From positions 32,001-96,000 of the forward strand of contig JBCBZT010000011.1 of NCBI GenBank assembly GCA_039815185.1: a stretch of 64,000 nt of DNA. The letters run 5' to 3'. Below the pieces are notes generated by a model. The model did not search any database. It was not told the DNA's origin and worked only from the letters and a program-made list of their open reading frames with translations. The position numbers and the translations under genes are program-made. Positions 9,683-21,272 of the stretch are shown here, piece after piece. The stretch's first letter is position 1. Each line of letters begins with the position of its first letter. Origin of the DNA: Cyanobacteria bacterium P01_A01_bin.123. Lineage in GTDB: Bacteria > Cyanobacteriota > Cyanobacteriia > Phormidesmidales > Phormidesmidaceae.

Positions 9683-11566
9683 CTATAGCTTTGTACCGCA
9701 ATCGGGACAGAAGGTATTGATAGAGGGATTCTTAGAGCCACAGCTACTGCAGGTGATCACCTCAATTCCTTGGGATTGCGGGGGCTGCTTTGGCAAGCCG
9801 ATCATCTGGGCATTGCTCTTGCCAGGGGCCACCATGGGATAACAGTTTTCATCGCGGCGCACCCGCACATCCATCAGCACCGGGCCGTCATGGGCTAACA
9901 TCTCTTCGATGCCTTGGTCTAACTCAGCGCGATCGTGAATCACCATACCTCGCACACCGAAGGCCCTTGCCAGCAGTTCAAAATCAGGCATGCCCACTTC
10001 CATATTGGACGAGGAATAGCGTTCACCATAAAAAGTCTGTTGCCACTGACGCACCATTCCCTGCCAGCCGTTGTTAATAATCACGGTCTTCACGGCAATA
10101 CCGTATTGGGCGAGAGTAGCCAGTTCTTGCAGGTTCATTTGAAAGCTAGCATCGCCACTAATACAAATCACCTGCTCATCCGGCATCGCCACTTTGACGC
10201 CCATCGCAGCAGGCATACCAAAGCCCATGGTGCCCAAGCCAGCACTGGAAACCCAGCGACGGGGACCGTTCTTAAGGAACTGCGCTGCCCACATCTGGTG
10301 TTGTCCCACATCCGTGGTGTAATACGCCTCTGGCGCCCGCTGACTCAGGGCGACAATCACTTCTTGAGGAGATAAAGCATGGTCATAGCTGGGCACCTGC
10401 AAGGGATAATCTTGACGCCACTGATCAATGCGATCGCGCCAAGACCGGGTGCGCTGGGGTACAACCTCAACCTGATCTGCCTCTAAACGCCTGAGCAAGT
10501 CTTGCAGCACCCGGCGCACATCACCCACTATGGGCACCTTGGGTGCCCGATTCTTACCCACCTCAGCAGGGTCAATGTCAATATGAATCACCTTAGCGTG
10601 GGAAGCAAATTCATCCAGTTTGCCGGTCACGCGGTCATCAAAGCGGGCGCCAACGGCGATCAGCAAATCACATTCACTAACGGCAAAGTTAGCATAGGCC
10701 GTCCCGTGCATACCCAACATGCCAACAGAGAGGGGATGGTGCTCATCAAAAGCGCCCTTACCCATCAGGGTTGTGGTCACTGGAATATTGAAATATTCGG
10801 CCAGCCTGTGAATTTCGTGATGGGCTCCAGCTGTGATTGCCCCGCCCCCCACATACATCAGCGGCTGCTCAGCCGCCTGGATCAGGTTAATGGCATGACT
10901 GATCTGACGAGGATTGCCCTTAACCGTAGGTTTGTAACCGGGCAATCGCACTGCTCCAGGCTCCACAGGGCGATAGTCACACATGGCGAGCCCGATATCC
11001 TTAGGAACATCGATCAGCACTGGTCCTGGACGTCCCGTTGCCGCAATGTAAAACGCTTCAGAGACAATCCGCGCCATTTGTGCGGGATCGCGCACAACAT
11101 AGGAATGCTTCACGATCGGCAGGGTAATCCCGTAAATATCCGTCTCTTGGAAAGCATCACTGCCAATCGCGTTGCTCGGCACCTGCCCAGTAACCACCAC
11201 CATAGGGATGGAGTCCATCTGAGCCGTGGCTATCCCAGTTACCAGGTTAGTGGCCCCAGGCCCAGACGTACCAAAGCAGACACCAACTTCTCCCGTAGCC
11301 CGGGCATATCCATCAGCCGCATGGGAAGCCCCTTGCTCATGGCGCACCAAAATATGCTGCAACTTGCCATCAGCCTCAGCCCGATAGAGCTCGTCATAAA
11401 TGGGCAAAATCGCGCCCCCCGGATACCCAAAAATATGCTTAACGCCGTGGCGCACTAGGCTGTCAATCAAGGCAAAAGCACCCGTCGCCCGAGTCACAGC
11501 GACGTTCTGAACCTGCACGGGAGAGATCGTCATACCGAATCGCTTATCTGTGATAAAAGTTTTCAC
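9683..11566 (-). CDS. ilvB: acetolactate synthase large subunit with C-terminal zinc ribbon (start probably ATG at 11533)
   Basis: [32 protein letters not shown]...NN TPP motif. Confidence 0.95.
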   Translation of the reverse strand: MKTFITDKRFGMTISPVQVQNVAVTRATGAFALIDSLVRHGVKHIFGYPGGAILPIYDELYRAEADGKLQHILVRHEQGASHAADGYARATGEVGVCFGTSGPGATNLVTGIATAQMDSIPMVVVTGQVPSNAIGSDAFQETDIYGITLPIVKHSYVVRDPAQMARIVSEAFYIAATGRPGPVLIDVPKDIGLAMCDYRPVEPGAVRLPGYKPTVKGNPRQISHAINLIQAAEQPLMYVGGGAITAGAHHEIHRLAEYFNIPVTTTLMGKGAFDEHHPLSVGMLGMHGTAYANFAVSECDLLIAVGARFDDRVTGKLDEFASHAKVIHIDIDPAEVGKNRAPKVPIVGDVRRVLQDLLRRLEADQVEVVPQRTRSWRDRIDQWRQDYPLQVPSYDHALSPQEVIVALSQRAPEAYYTTDVGQHQMWAAQFLKNGPRRWVSSAGLGTMGFGMPAAMGVKVAMPDEQVICISGDASFQMNLQELATLAQYGIAVKTVIINNGWQGMVRQWQQTFYGERYSSSNMEVGMPDFELLARAFGVRGMVIHDRAELDQGIEEMLAHDGPVLMDVRVRRDENCYPMVAPGKSNAQMIGLPKQPPQSQGIEVITCSSCGSKNPSINTFCPDCGTKL

Positions 11567-11917
11567 GCAACTATCTTGTCTCGAGACAAGACAATCTTGG
11601 TTAGCTTTTATCCTATCTTTTCGTTCTTGATTTTGATGAGGGGATTGGGAAAAAGATCCGTAATTCCACGGCTTGAAAACCAGGCTAGACCATCCTCCAA
11701 TCCTATGTTTCGTAGTCCAAGATACACTTCAGCCACCGCAATTTTTGTCATCTAGTTTTAATACATTTGATACAAAACTTCAGCAAAGGACTGCTTTAGA
11801 GGAAGATGTCAGGTGTCAGGCGCGCACACGTTAGAGACAACCCATCTCCCCCTTTATGCCAATAGACTGAGTCCGTTTACCGCTTCACCAGAGGCTATGG
11901 GGCAGAAATGAGGTGTC

Positions 11918-12022
11918 AACAGCCGTAGCCACAAAGCTTTGTGCGCTACGGCGAGCTAGATTGCCTGTGTGTTAAGCATCCCAGCGATACTAGGTGCATT
12001 AAGCAATCTGGCCAGCACTATA
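11918..12022. mobile_element. 105-bp MITE/REP-like repeat, copy B
   Basis: AGCCGTAGCCACAAAGCTTTGTGCGCTACGGC...GCAATCTGGCCAGCACTATA. Confidence 0.85.
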
Positions 12023-12024
12023 AA

Positions 12025-12061
12025 TTAAGCGTGGTAAGGGAATAACCAATACCACGCTTAA
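12025..12061 (-). terminator. hairpin downstream of rpsN
   Basis: TTAAGCGTGGTA...TACCACGCTTAA, 12-bp perfect stem. Confidence 0.6.
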
Positions 12062-12131
12062 TATGACCGACTAAATCCACAGTGAGCCTTGCGGGCTGAG
12101 CTGTAAGTTCTAGCTGTAATGCCCCACTGGA

Positions 12132-12434
12132 CTACCAGCTAGACTTCACCACACCGGGCAATAGCCCATTGTGAGCCATGTCTCGCAAGGCATTGCGGCA
12201 CAAGCCAAAATCACGATAAACGCCACGAGGGCGACCTGTGAGCCAGCAGCGATTACGCACTCGTGTCGGTGCACTGTTGCGAGGAAGCTGCTGAATCTTA
12301 CGATGAATTTCTAGCTTCTGCTGCTGGTTGCCAGCATTGGCAAATTCTTCCATCAATGCTTGGCGCTTCGCGGCATATTTTTCAACGATCTTTTTGCGCT
12401 TAACGTCACGCGCAATCATGCTTTTCTTAGCCAT
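12132..12434 (-). CDS. rpsN: 30S ribosomal protein S14
   Basis: MAKKSMIAR...[12 protein letters not shown]...LPGVVKSSW. Confidence 0.98.
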   Translation of the reverse strand: MAKKSMIARDVKRKKIVEKYAAKRQALMEEFANAGNQQQKLEIHRKIQQLPRNSAPTRVRNRCWLTGRPRGVYRDFGLCRNALRDMAHNGLLPGVVKSSW

Positions 12435-12608
12435 GCAGCTTTACTCAGTCACTTTTGAATGAACAATACACATTACTCTGCCAGAAAACCAATTCAGCGA
12501 TACCTTAGGCACCTTCAGCAATGTGATCCGGGCAATATACCTTTTTATAAAGGCAGAGTCTAATATTATAAGCCAAAGCTATGTTCAAGCCAAGGGGAAA
12601 GTGAGTAT

Positions 12609-13316
12609 TTACTTCCCTGGCGTACTGTTCATCGGCTTTTTGCGGGATTTAGGCGCAGGCGGAGGGGATTGAACGCTGGGGCACAGATCGGCGAGTTGAC
12701 AGCGATCGCAGGCAGGATTTCGCGCCATACATACTGCTCGACCATGATAAATCAAGCGGATTGACCAGTTTTCCCAGTCGGGCTGGGGCAGCAGCTTCAT
12801 CAAATCTCGTTCGATTTTGGTGGGGTCAGTTTGCTTCGTTAACCCCAAGCGCTGGCTCAGCCGCTTCACGTGGGTATCTACTGTAACCCCAGCATTGATG
12901 TTGAAGGCGTGGGCCAACACAACGTTTGCAGTTTTTCGCGCCACCCCAGGCAGTGATGTCAACTCCTCCATGCGCTGCGGCACTTGCCCATCGAAGTCGG
13001 CCATGATTTTTTGGCTGGCAGCGCGGATATTTTTGGCTTTGTTGCGATAAAAGCCCGTCGACTTTACCAGTTCTTCAAGTTCTTCTAGCTCGGCACCCGC
13101 TAGAGCAGGGGCATCGGGGAAACGTTTAAACAGGGCTGGTGTCACCTTATTGACCCGTTCATCGGTACACTGAGCCGACAAAATAGTCGCTACCATTAGC
13201 TGCACCGGGGTTTCATAGGTCAAAGAACAGGTGGCATCCGGGTAAAGTCGCTTGAGGCGTACCAGGATTTCTAGAGCCCGCTGTTGCGTTTTAGAAGCGT
13301 GACGTTGAGGACTCAC
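12609..13316 (-). CDS. nth: endonuclease III
   Basis: LSAQCTD, LPGVARKTAN HhH, VDTHV, Cx6Cx2Cx5C Fe-S motif. Confidence 0.95.
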   Translation of the reverse strand: MSPQRHASKTQQRALEILVRLKRLYPDATCSLTYETPVQLMVATILSAQCTDERVNKVTPALFKRFPDAPALAGAELEELEELVKSTGFYRNKAKNIRAASQKIMADFDGQVPQRMEELTSLPGVARKTANVVLAHAFNINAGVTVDTHVKRLSQRLGLTKQTDPTKIERDLMKLLPQPDWENWSIRLIYHGRAVCMARNPACDRCQLADLCPSVQSPPPAPKSRKKPMNSTPGK

Positions 13317-14398
13317 TGGCGTAGATTTTGAAAAATTTCAAGTTGGGTCGTGTCTCGGACGATGAGAAAAACGCCCAACCCTAACAACAGTACTAATCCG
13401 GTTTGCATGACGTTGTCTTGTACTCGCTGAGGCAGAGGCTTACCCCGCAGAGCCTCAACAATCAGAAACGCCAGTTGACCGCCATCCAATGCAGGTAGCG
13501 GCAAAATATTAATGATGGCTAAGTTGATACTGATGATGGCTGTAAACGGAAATAGGCTAGCGGCATTTTCTTGAGCCAGGTTAGATCCTTGCTCCACAAT
13601 TCTGACCGGGCCACCCACCTGGCTTGCCATTTCAGAAAAATTCGTAGCGAGTGAGACAAACCCTTGCACCGTCCGCAGGAACATCCCCTGAAACTCTTGA
13701 GCAGCAGTAGTGAATATTTCAATGGGATTGCTGGGCCGACGATACTCAACCGTACCGTTGGGATAAAGCTGAACCCCAATCACTGCTCTACCGTCGTTCA
13801 GCTCTGGCGTGACGGTGATGGGGAGTTCGCGATCGCCCCGCTGTATCGTTAAATCGATGGGTTGGTTGGGGCTGCTTTGAATCAGATCGATTAGGTTAGG
13901 GATTGTCTCTTCGGTGGCGGTCAGAGTCTGGCCTTCTGCTGCAATGATCAAATCCCCATTCTGGAGGCCGGCCTGAGCTGCGGGAGAATCTTGGGAGATG
14001 ATCTCAGGGATCAAAACTCCCGGTTGTAAATCGAAGTCAGGGATGCCTACCCCAGTAAACTGGACGACAAAGACAAAATAGGCAAACAGTAAATTCGCGA
14101 TCACCCCAGCACTAATCACAATGGCGCGATCAAGGATGGGGCGATTTCTCAGCAGGTTGGGATCATTCGGAGGAATTTCACTGTCCGGATCATCATCGGG
14201 AAAGCCGACAAATCCACCCAGGGGAATGGCTCGCACCGCATACTCGGTTTGAGAACCCTGGATTTTCCAAAGAATGGGGCCAAAGCCAATCGAAAACCGA
14301 TTGACGTGAATCCCTTGAAGCCGGGCGGCTAAAAAATGCCCCAGCTCATGAACCACAATGAGAATAGCGAGAACGGCGATCGCTGCCAATACGGACAT
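13313..14398 (-). CDS. rseP: RIP metalloprotease RseP (M50, PDZ)
   Basis: HELGH, PDZ region, NILPLPALDGG. Confidence 0.95.
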   Translation of the reverse strand: MSVLAAIAVLAILIVVHELGHFLAARLQGIHVNRFSIGFGPILWKIQGSQTEYAVRAIPLGGFVGFPDDDPDSEIPPNDPNLLRNRPILDRAIVISAGVIANLLFAYFVFVVQFTGVGIPDFDLQPGVLIPEIISQDSPAAQAGLQNGDLIIAAEGQTLTATEETIPNLIDLIQSSPNQPIDLTIQRGDRELPITVTPELNDGRAVIGVQLYPNGTVEYRRPSNPIEIFTTAAQEFQGMFLRTVQGFVSLATNFSEMASQVGGPVRIVEQGSNLAQENAASLFPFTAIISINLAIINILPLPALDGGQLAFLIVEALRGKPLPQRVQDNVMQTGLVLLLGLGVFLIVRDTTQLEIFQNLRQ

Positions 14399-14455
14399 AA
14401 ATAATAGTCGGATGGGGTTTAACTCAAGCGCTTTACTATTCTAGCGTTGCAGCCT

Positions 14456-15787
<1,332 letters not shown>

Positions 15788-15895
15788 TCAGAATATCAGG
15801 AAAAGCTAACCCTCTAAACCGTCTAACCCAAAAGGTTCAGCCGACTTAGAGGGCGATGGTGGATCGAGGCTTGATCACCCCGTTGAGGTCTCGGG

Positions 15896-16135
15896 TTAGG
15901 CGACCTGTTCAACCTCAGCGATTTCAGGAATGAATTCCCGAAGACGACGCTCAATCCCCATTCTTAGAGTCATCGCAGAGCTGGGACAAGAGCCGCAAGC
16001 CCCTTGCAACCGCAACTTGACCACAGGACCATCAAGCTCAACGAGTTCAACGTTACCGCCATCGGCCATCAAGTAGGGACGCAAATCATCAAGCACTTTT
16101 TCAACATTGTTGGAGGTTAATGCCAAAGTTTCCAT
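15896..16135 (-). CDS. nfuA: NifU-like (Nfu) Fe-S scaffold protein
   Basis: [22 protein letters not shown]. Confidence 0.9.
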   Translation of the reverse strand: METLALTSNNVEKVLDDLRPYLMADGGNVELVELDGPVVKLRLQGACGSCPSSAMTLRMGIERRLREFIPEIAEVEQVA

Positions 16136-16181
16136 AGGTTACCTTTAGTGAATCTTTATGGGCTTGATTCCATTGTACGGA

Positions 16182-16766
16182 TTAGATCGCTTGAAGTTCA
16201 TCCAAACGGGCTAGCACTTCTTGGCTGTGAATGGGTGGACGGACGCCCAAGAAGCGATCGCGCATAATGCCGTCTGGATCAATCAAATAGGTATGGCGTA
16301 ACGAGCGATAACCCAACCAGGAACCATAGGCTTTACTGACGCTGCCGTTGATATCTGAGAGCAACGGAAAGTCGAGCCCTTCAGCATCACAAAACTGCTC
16401 GTGGGAGACAACGTCGTCTGCGCTGACTCCCAGGATCTGAGCATTGCGGCTCTGGTACTCGGCAAAGTCTTGTTGGAAACGCTTGGCTTCGAGGGTGCAA
16501 CCCGAGGTAAAGTCCTGGGGATAAAAATAAAGTACGACCCATTGCCCTCGATAGTCCGCCAAGGCAATATCTCCGTCTCCTACATTTGTCGGCAATGTAA
16601 AGTTAGGCGCGGGTTCGTCTAGGGGGAGCTGAGGGCCACCCATTGCAATTGCAGGCCCACTCACTTGCAGCCAAAGCAACAGCGCCAGCACACAAGCAGC
16701 CGCCGCACGGGAAAACAGATGACGTCTAGAAAACATAGATTTTGAACCCACAGTTGTTCTTAACAA
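16182..16766 (-). CDS. peroxiredoxin Q/BCP family with N-terminal signal
   Basis: YFYPQDFTSGCTLEA peroxidatic motif. Confidence 0.88.
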   Translation of the reverse strand: MLRTTVGSKSMFSRRHLFSRAAAACVLALLLWLQVSGPAIAMGGPQLPLDEPAPNFTLPTNVGDGDIALADYRGQWVVLYFYPQDFTSGCTLEAKRFQQDFAEYQSRNAQILGVSADDVVSHEQFCDAEGLDFPLLSDINGSVSKAYGSWLGYRSLRHTYLIDPDGIMRDRFLGVRPPIHSQEVLARLDELQAI

Positions 16767-16793
16767 GAGTTTACAACTTGTGTCCGTTCTATG

Positions 16794-17003
16794 TCAGACA
16801 TTCCTGTCGAGCATGCGAGTTCGATGGGGTTGCCGGGCCCTAAAGTATTGCGGCCAGCGGGCAGCGGATACGACGGTAATCCACTGACCCGTATTTGGAT
16901 CGCGATAGGTTTGGAAGGGATTGGTTTTGACTAATTTGCTTTCAGCGGTTGCGGTAGTTTGAGGTTGCTGATCGAAAAACGACTTATCAGACAGTGACTT
17001 CAT
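16794..17003 (-). CDS. small hypothetical protein
   Basis: 69-aa ORF co-oriented with its neighbours; NPFQTYRDPNTGQWITV core. Confidence 0.5.
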   Translation of the reverse strand: MKSLSDKSFFDQQPQTTATAESKLVKTNPFQTYRDPNTGQWITVVSAARWPQYFRARQPHRTRMLDRNV

Positions 17004-17369
17004 ATCGAATCAAAATCCTGCTGTTGTTACCCTGATGATCCACCCAGTTCATAACTGAGTGGTATAGCTCCATAGTGCACATCTGAATCGATGTCTTACA
17101 TCAGATAAAGTGCGCAACTTCGAGACATTGAATCTCTAGGAAATAAACAGTTCTCCGTAATCTCAAGCAATGCCAAAGGCAATACTTGAGTCCAACACGA
17201 GCGTCTCCATCGTTGGAGGAAAGGCGGTTGTAGATGCATAGCGGTTAAGCGTTGAGTAACTGTAACTATCCAGACAAACCTACGCAGTGAGATTTCAGGA
17301 ATCTAGGTCATACGAAGGTGGATTTACTCCCGTCATCAAGACCCTAGCCATCAGTCAACCGTTCCCCAG

Positions 17370-18821
17370 CTACTCCTTAAACAGGTGAAGCTGAACCTCT
17401 GGATTGACCCGCATGATGATGAGCGTCATATCATCTTCGTTCTGATTTTCTGAGCCAATGAATTTTTGCAGAAGCTCAAAAAGGTAATTGAGGACGTCAT
17501 CTGAGCGCTCTAGATTGTTGCAGGCCCACTGAAACGCCATAGATAAGTTTTCTTCGTCAAATCGCTCCCCTTTAGGATTAGCCGCATCGGTAAAACCGTC
17601 GGTATAGTACATTACCGTATCCCCTGGATGGAGCTCAATTTGATCTTCGTAATAGCGAGTTTCCATATCGAGGCCAAGCAGCATACCAACGGTGTCAAGG
17701 CGTTTAATCGTATTGGTTGCGGCTTGCCAAAGCAAGGGCGGATTATGAGCGGCATTACCGTAGGATAGGATGCGCGTTTTAGGGTTGTACTCAGAATAGA
17801 ACAGGGTGACAAACCGATTAGAATTTTCTAAATCGGAGTGCATCACATTGTTGAGGTGCTGAAGAATGCGCGCTGGGGAATGACCGTTTAGCACTTCTGC
17901 CCGCAGCATCCCCCGCAGCATCGTCATGATTAATCCGGCGGGAACCCCTTTGCCCATCACATCCCCAATGGCCAGACTCCAAACGCCAACGGAGGGTTGC
18001 TTCGGGTTGGCGAGCCTCAACTGCTCATAACTGGTAGGAATAAAGTCGTAGTAGTCGCCGCCAACCTTGTTGGCGGTATTACACTGGGCCGCGATGTCCA
18101 TACCTTCGATGGTGGGACAGTGTCGGGGTAACAGTTGTAATTGAATCTCAGCACCAATTTCGAGCTCCCGATCAAGACGTTCTCGCTTCCGTAGTGCGAT
18201 GGTCAGTTCGCTATTCTCAATCGCGACGGCGGTTTGATCAGCTACCAATCGAACCAGTTTTTGTCGGGTTTCTGTCCAGCTGTAGTCTGAATCGCGGCTA
18301 AAGACGTAGAGGCGACCCCGTTCAACATTTTTGACGATGATTGGGGTGCCAAAGATCTTGATGTCATCATCGAGATAACGGTGCACATAGCGATCCAGCG
18401 TCAGCATGGCATTGCGGGCCATGGTGATAGCGCTGCCTGAAATAGACGTAAAGGATTCCGCGACTTTGCGGGTAGCGGCTTCCAAGGCTCGCCGGACATC
18501 TTGACAGTGATGGCTCCCTTGGCAGTGCAATCGCTCAAGACGCACCTGTCCGTTGGGTCGAAAAAGGACTAAAGCCCCTCCAGTTGCGTCGGTGACGCGG
18601 CTAGCAATCATGGGAATCAGTTCGAGGAACTGATTGAGATTGTTGAGGCTGCGTAGGGCAAATCCCAGTGAGCTGAGTAAATCTTGAATTTTGTATTGTT
18701 CGCGCTGGAGCCGTCCGACTAACTCCTTGAGCGCAAAGGCGGGAGCCGCCTCAGAGATGGGGCTCCCGCTGGGTGGCTCAAAAGAAGGATTGGAAGAGGA
18801 TGACATTGGGGTAGCGGTCAT
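17370..18821 (-). CDS. GAF + PP2C/SpoIIE (RsbU-like) phosphatase
   Basis: VGGDYYDF, IGDVMGKG, YTDG, EDDMT motifs; GAF-like LVADQTAVAIEN. Confidence 0.9.
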   Translation of the reverse strand: MTATPMSSSSNPSFEPPSGSPISEAAPAFALKELVGRLQREQYKIQDLLSSLGFALRSLNNLNQFLELIPMIASRVTDATGGALVLFRPNGQVRLERLHCQGSHHCQDVRRALEAATRKVAESFTSISGSAITMARNAMLTLDRYVHRYLDDDIKIFGTPIIVKNVERGRLYVFSRDSDYSWTETRQKLVRLVADQTAVAIENSELTIALRKRERLDRELEIGAEIQLQLLPRHCPTIEGMDIAAQCNTANKVGGDYYDFIPTSYEQLRLANPKQPSVGVWSLAIGDVMGKGVPAGLIMTMLRGMLRAEVLNGHSPARILQHLNNVMHSDLENSNRFVTLFYSEYNPKTRILSYGNAAHNPPLLWQAATNTIKRLDTVGMLLGLDMETRYYEDQIELHPGDTVMYYTDGFTDAANPKGERFDEENLSMAFQWACNNLERSDDVLNYLFELLQKFIGSENQNEDDMTLIIMRVNPEVQLHLFKE

Positions 18822-19072
18822 TCAGGCAGCGAACAGGGGACAAAGAACAGCTCAGAATCAGGGCTTTACCGAATCTTGAATTAAGACAGTTGGGCCAAAG
18901 GTACCTCAGAGCCCTCAATGGGAAAGGCAGGAATTGATTGACAAGGATAGCACCCTCGTCACGATTTCGATCGATTTTTTTTTTGCCTAATGCTGCAAAG
19001 CTTTGAGCACAACAGATACCCCTGGGATAGAACATCGCCCAATCTTAACGGATGGTCTCTCATTCGCCCACG

Positions 19073-19903
19073 TTATTTTGGTTGATTTTGGCCAAGCTGT
19101 TGGTGGCAAAAGGCGATCGCGGTCTGTAAATCCTCAGTCTGACAGGGATAAGCCAAATCAGGACGCGCTAAAATCCAAAGCCGAATGCCCAACTGCTGGG
19201 CCAGCGATCGCTTCACGACTTCTCCCCCCGGTGCACCGGAGGCTTTCGTAATCACCTGGGTAATTTGCCACTGTTGCCACAGGGCAGATTCAAGTTCAAT
19301 TGAGATGGGCGGTCGCAGGGCAATCAGCCGAGTTGGGTCAAACCCTGCCGCTAAGGCGGCACGCAATGCCGTGAACGTCGGTAAAATGCGGGCAAACAGG
19401 CTAGCCCGATTATGCCAGGGTTGAAACCGATAGAGATGCCGGGAACCCAACGTCAGAAGCACCCGTTCGCCAGCTAAAACCGCATCGGTCAAAATCTCGT
19501 CGTAGCTAGCTATGGTTTGAACCAGCGCAGTGTTCACCCCTGACACATCTGGTTGCGGGGTTGCCTGGGGTCTTTCATAACGGAGGTATGGCAATGGGTG
19601 GTGAGTACAGGCTGCGATCGCGGTTTGGGAAATCTCCACAGCAAACGGATGGGACGCGTCCAACACCGCAGCAATATTATAAGTGGTGAAAAAGTGGGTT
19701 AAGGCCTCTGGGGCGATCGCGCCAACCTGCACCTGGCACCAAGGGGAGGGGGCATAGAGCCCAGCCGCCTCCGGGGTAACCACGGTAATGACATGGGGAA
19801 TTTGCGCCGCCGCTAAAGCCGTCGCCAATTGCCGACTCTCTTGGGTGCCACCAATCAGCCAAAGTTGACGAGGCAATGTCTCAACACCATCGACATCTAC
19901 CAC
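19073..19903 (-). CDS. cobK: precorrin-6A/cobalt-precorrin-6A reductase
   Basis: LIGGTQES, DASHPFA, RYERP, TKASG. Confidence 0.9.
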   Translation of the reverse strand: MVDVDGVETLPRQLWLIGGTQESRQLATALAAAQIPHVITVVTPEAAGLYAPSPWCQVQVGAIAPEALTHFFTTYNIAAVLDASHPFAVEISQTAIAACTHHPLPYLRYERPQATPQPDVSGVNTALVQTIASYDEILTDAVLAGERVLLTLGSRHLYRFQPWHNRASLFARILPTFTALRAALAAGFDPTRLIALRPPISIELESALWQQWQITQVITKASGAPGGEVVKRSLAQQLGIRLWILARPDLAYPCQTEDLQTAIAFCHQQLGQNQPK

Positions 19904-20559
19904 TTCACCTTAAACAACTGGAAGATATCGCCTGCTTGCTGCTTAACGATGCGGGCTTGACAGTCCTTGATCAATTTAGCCCAGTCTGCCATCGATTCCA
20001 GCAGTACTTCCGCGCCTAAATAAGTTTCTAAGATAGCCCAACTCTCAGCCAAAGGCTGCGCCTCGTTCACCACATCAAACACGAATACCCCGTCAGGCTT
20101 CAGCACCTTGCGGACAGCGGTCATAATTCGTTCCCAGTAGTCGAGCGGATAGTAGCAGCTAAACCCGGTGGCAATCACAATGTCGAATTTGACAGTGTCG
20201 TAATCTAGCCGATGGGCAGGCGCTAGGCGTACCCCCTTAAACAATTTTGAATTGAGCTGCGGCCCCCGAGCATTGATGATCCCTTGGGCGACGGGACTAA
20301 TCTCTTGGCCGTAAAAAAAGGCGTTCCACTCACGCCAGGGATAAATTAAGAAGCTGACGCCACAACCCAAATCCAGGCAAGCCTGGTTTTTCTTGGGTTT
20401 AGCCAACTCCCAAAATGGAGAGGCTAACTTAGCCGCCAACGCACCGGAGGCCCGCTCTCGAAAAATATCCATGGCTTCAACTTCGGGCGGCAGTTCCACC
20501 GCATCGCCGCGATAGTCTTGGTCGTAACGTTGCGCGATCGCAGTAAACAGATCATCCAA
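19897..20559 (-). CDS. class I SAM-dependent methyltransferase
   Basis: LDLGCG motif I; LKPDGVFVF. Confidence 0.8.
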   Translation of the reverse strand: MDDLFTAIAQRYDQDYRGDAVELPPEVEAMDIFRERASGALAAKLASPFWELAKPKKNQACLDLGCGVSFLIYPWREWNAFFYGQEISPVAQGIINARGPQLNSKLFKGVRLAPAHRLDYDTVKFDIVIATGFSCYYPLDYWERIMTAVRKVLKPDGVFVFDVVNEAQPLAESWAILETYLGAEVLLESMADWAKLIKDCQARIVKQQAGDIFQLFKVKW

Positions 20560-20752
20560 AGTTTTTACGGATATGCAGGGTTGTAAAGCTTAGCCCCATC
20601 CAGATCCATAAGTCTCCTTAAGCCCAACACTCAAGGGAGTAAATTAGGATGTGGTTTAGGGCAAGTCGTGTTGCCCATCTTAACCTCGTCAACATCTAGA
20701 TCCAACTTTATTCCTTAAGTTCAACACTCAAGGAATAAAGTTGGATATCGTT

Positions 20753-20938
20753 TTACTGCCCTTTCAAGGCTCTAGAGAAGTTTTTGCGATAGGACTTATT
20801 GGTCAGCAAAAACATCGGCCACAGCAGCGTCAGGTAAAGCCGTCCCTGGCTAAAGTTCGTGCGGTGAAACCCCCGCCAAAACCGCCAAGCGCCATAGCCA
20901 TAACCCACTACCAGCACCAAAACCAACAAAAATTTCAT
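20753..20938 (-). CDS. small membrane protein (61 aa)
   Basis: MKFLLVLVLVVGYGYGAWRFWRGFHRTNF...LLWP...YRKNF; ATG at 20938 preferred over the longer ORF. Confidence 0.65.
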   Translation of the reverse strand: MKFLLVLVLVVGYGYGAWRFWRGFHRTNFSQGRLYLTLLWPMFLLTNKSYRKNFSRALKGQ

Positions 20939-21272
20939 TAGCGTATTCTCTTCTCGACAACAGGTCTCGTCTCCCAAAAGGGAGCCATTAAACTCTGTAG
21001 GGCTATGCCCTGCTCGCAGAGTATTCCTCCTCAACCAATCTTTTCATCATCAGCTAGGCCATGCTGCCCCCATTGATCATAGCTAAATCTGTTAAATCCG
21101 CTCTAGTGAAACGACAGAACTGATGCTGTGGAATCCCGGCCAAACATAGATTCGAGGACGCTGATTAGAAATAAATATGCCAATTTCAGGACGAAGGGTT
21201 TCCCAAAGCCCTATAGAATCGGTGTAGACAGACCGCACCGATTAGCGAAATCGATACCATCAAGGAGGGTTT

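Noticed and set aside
10502..11458. 318-aa plus-strand ORF (likewise 59756-60490, 29905-30609, 34538-35203)
   Set aside because: Antisense or alternate-frame shadows of well-supported genes
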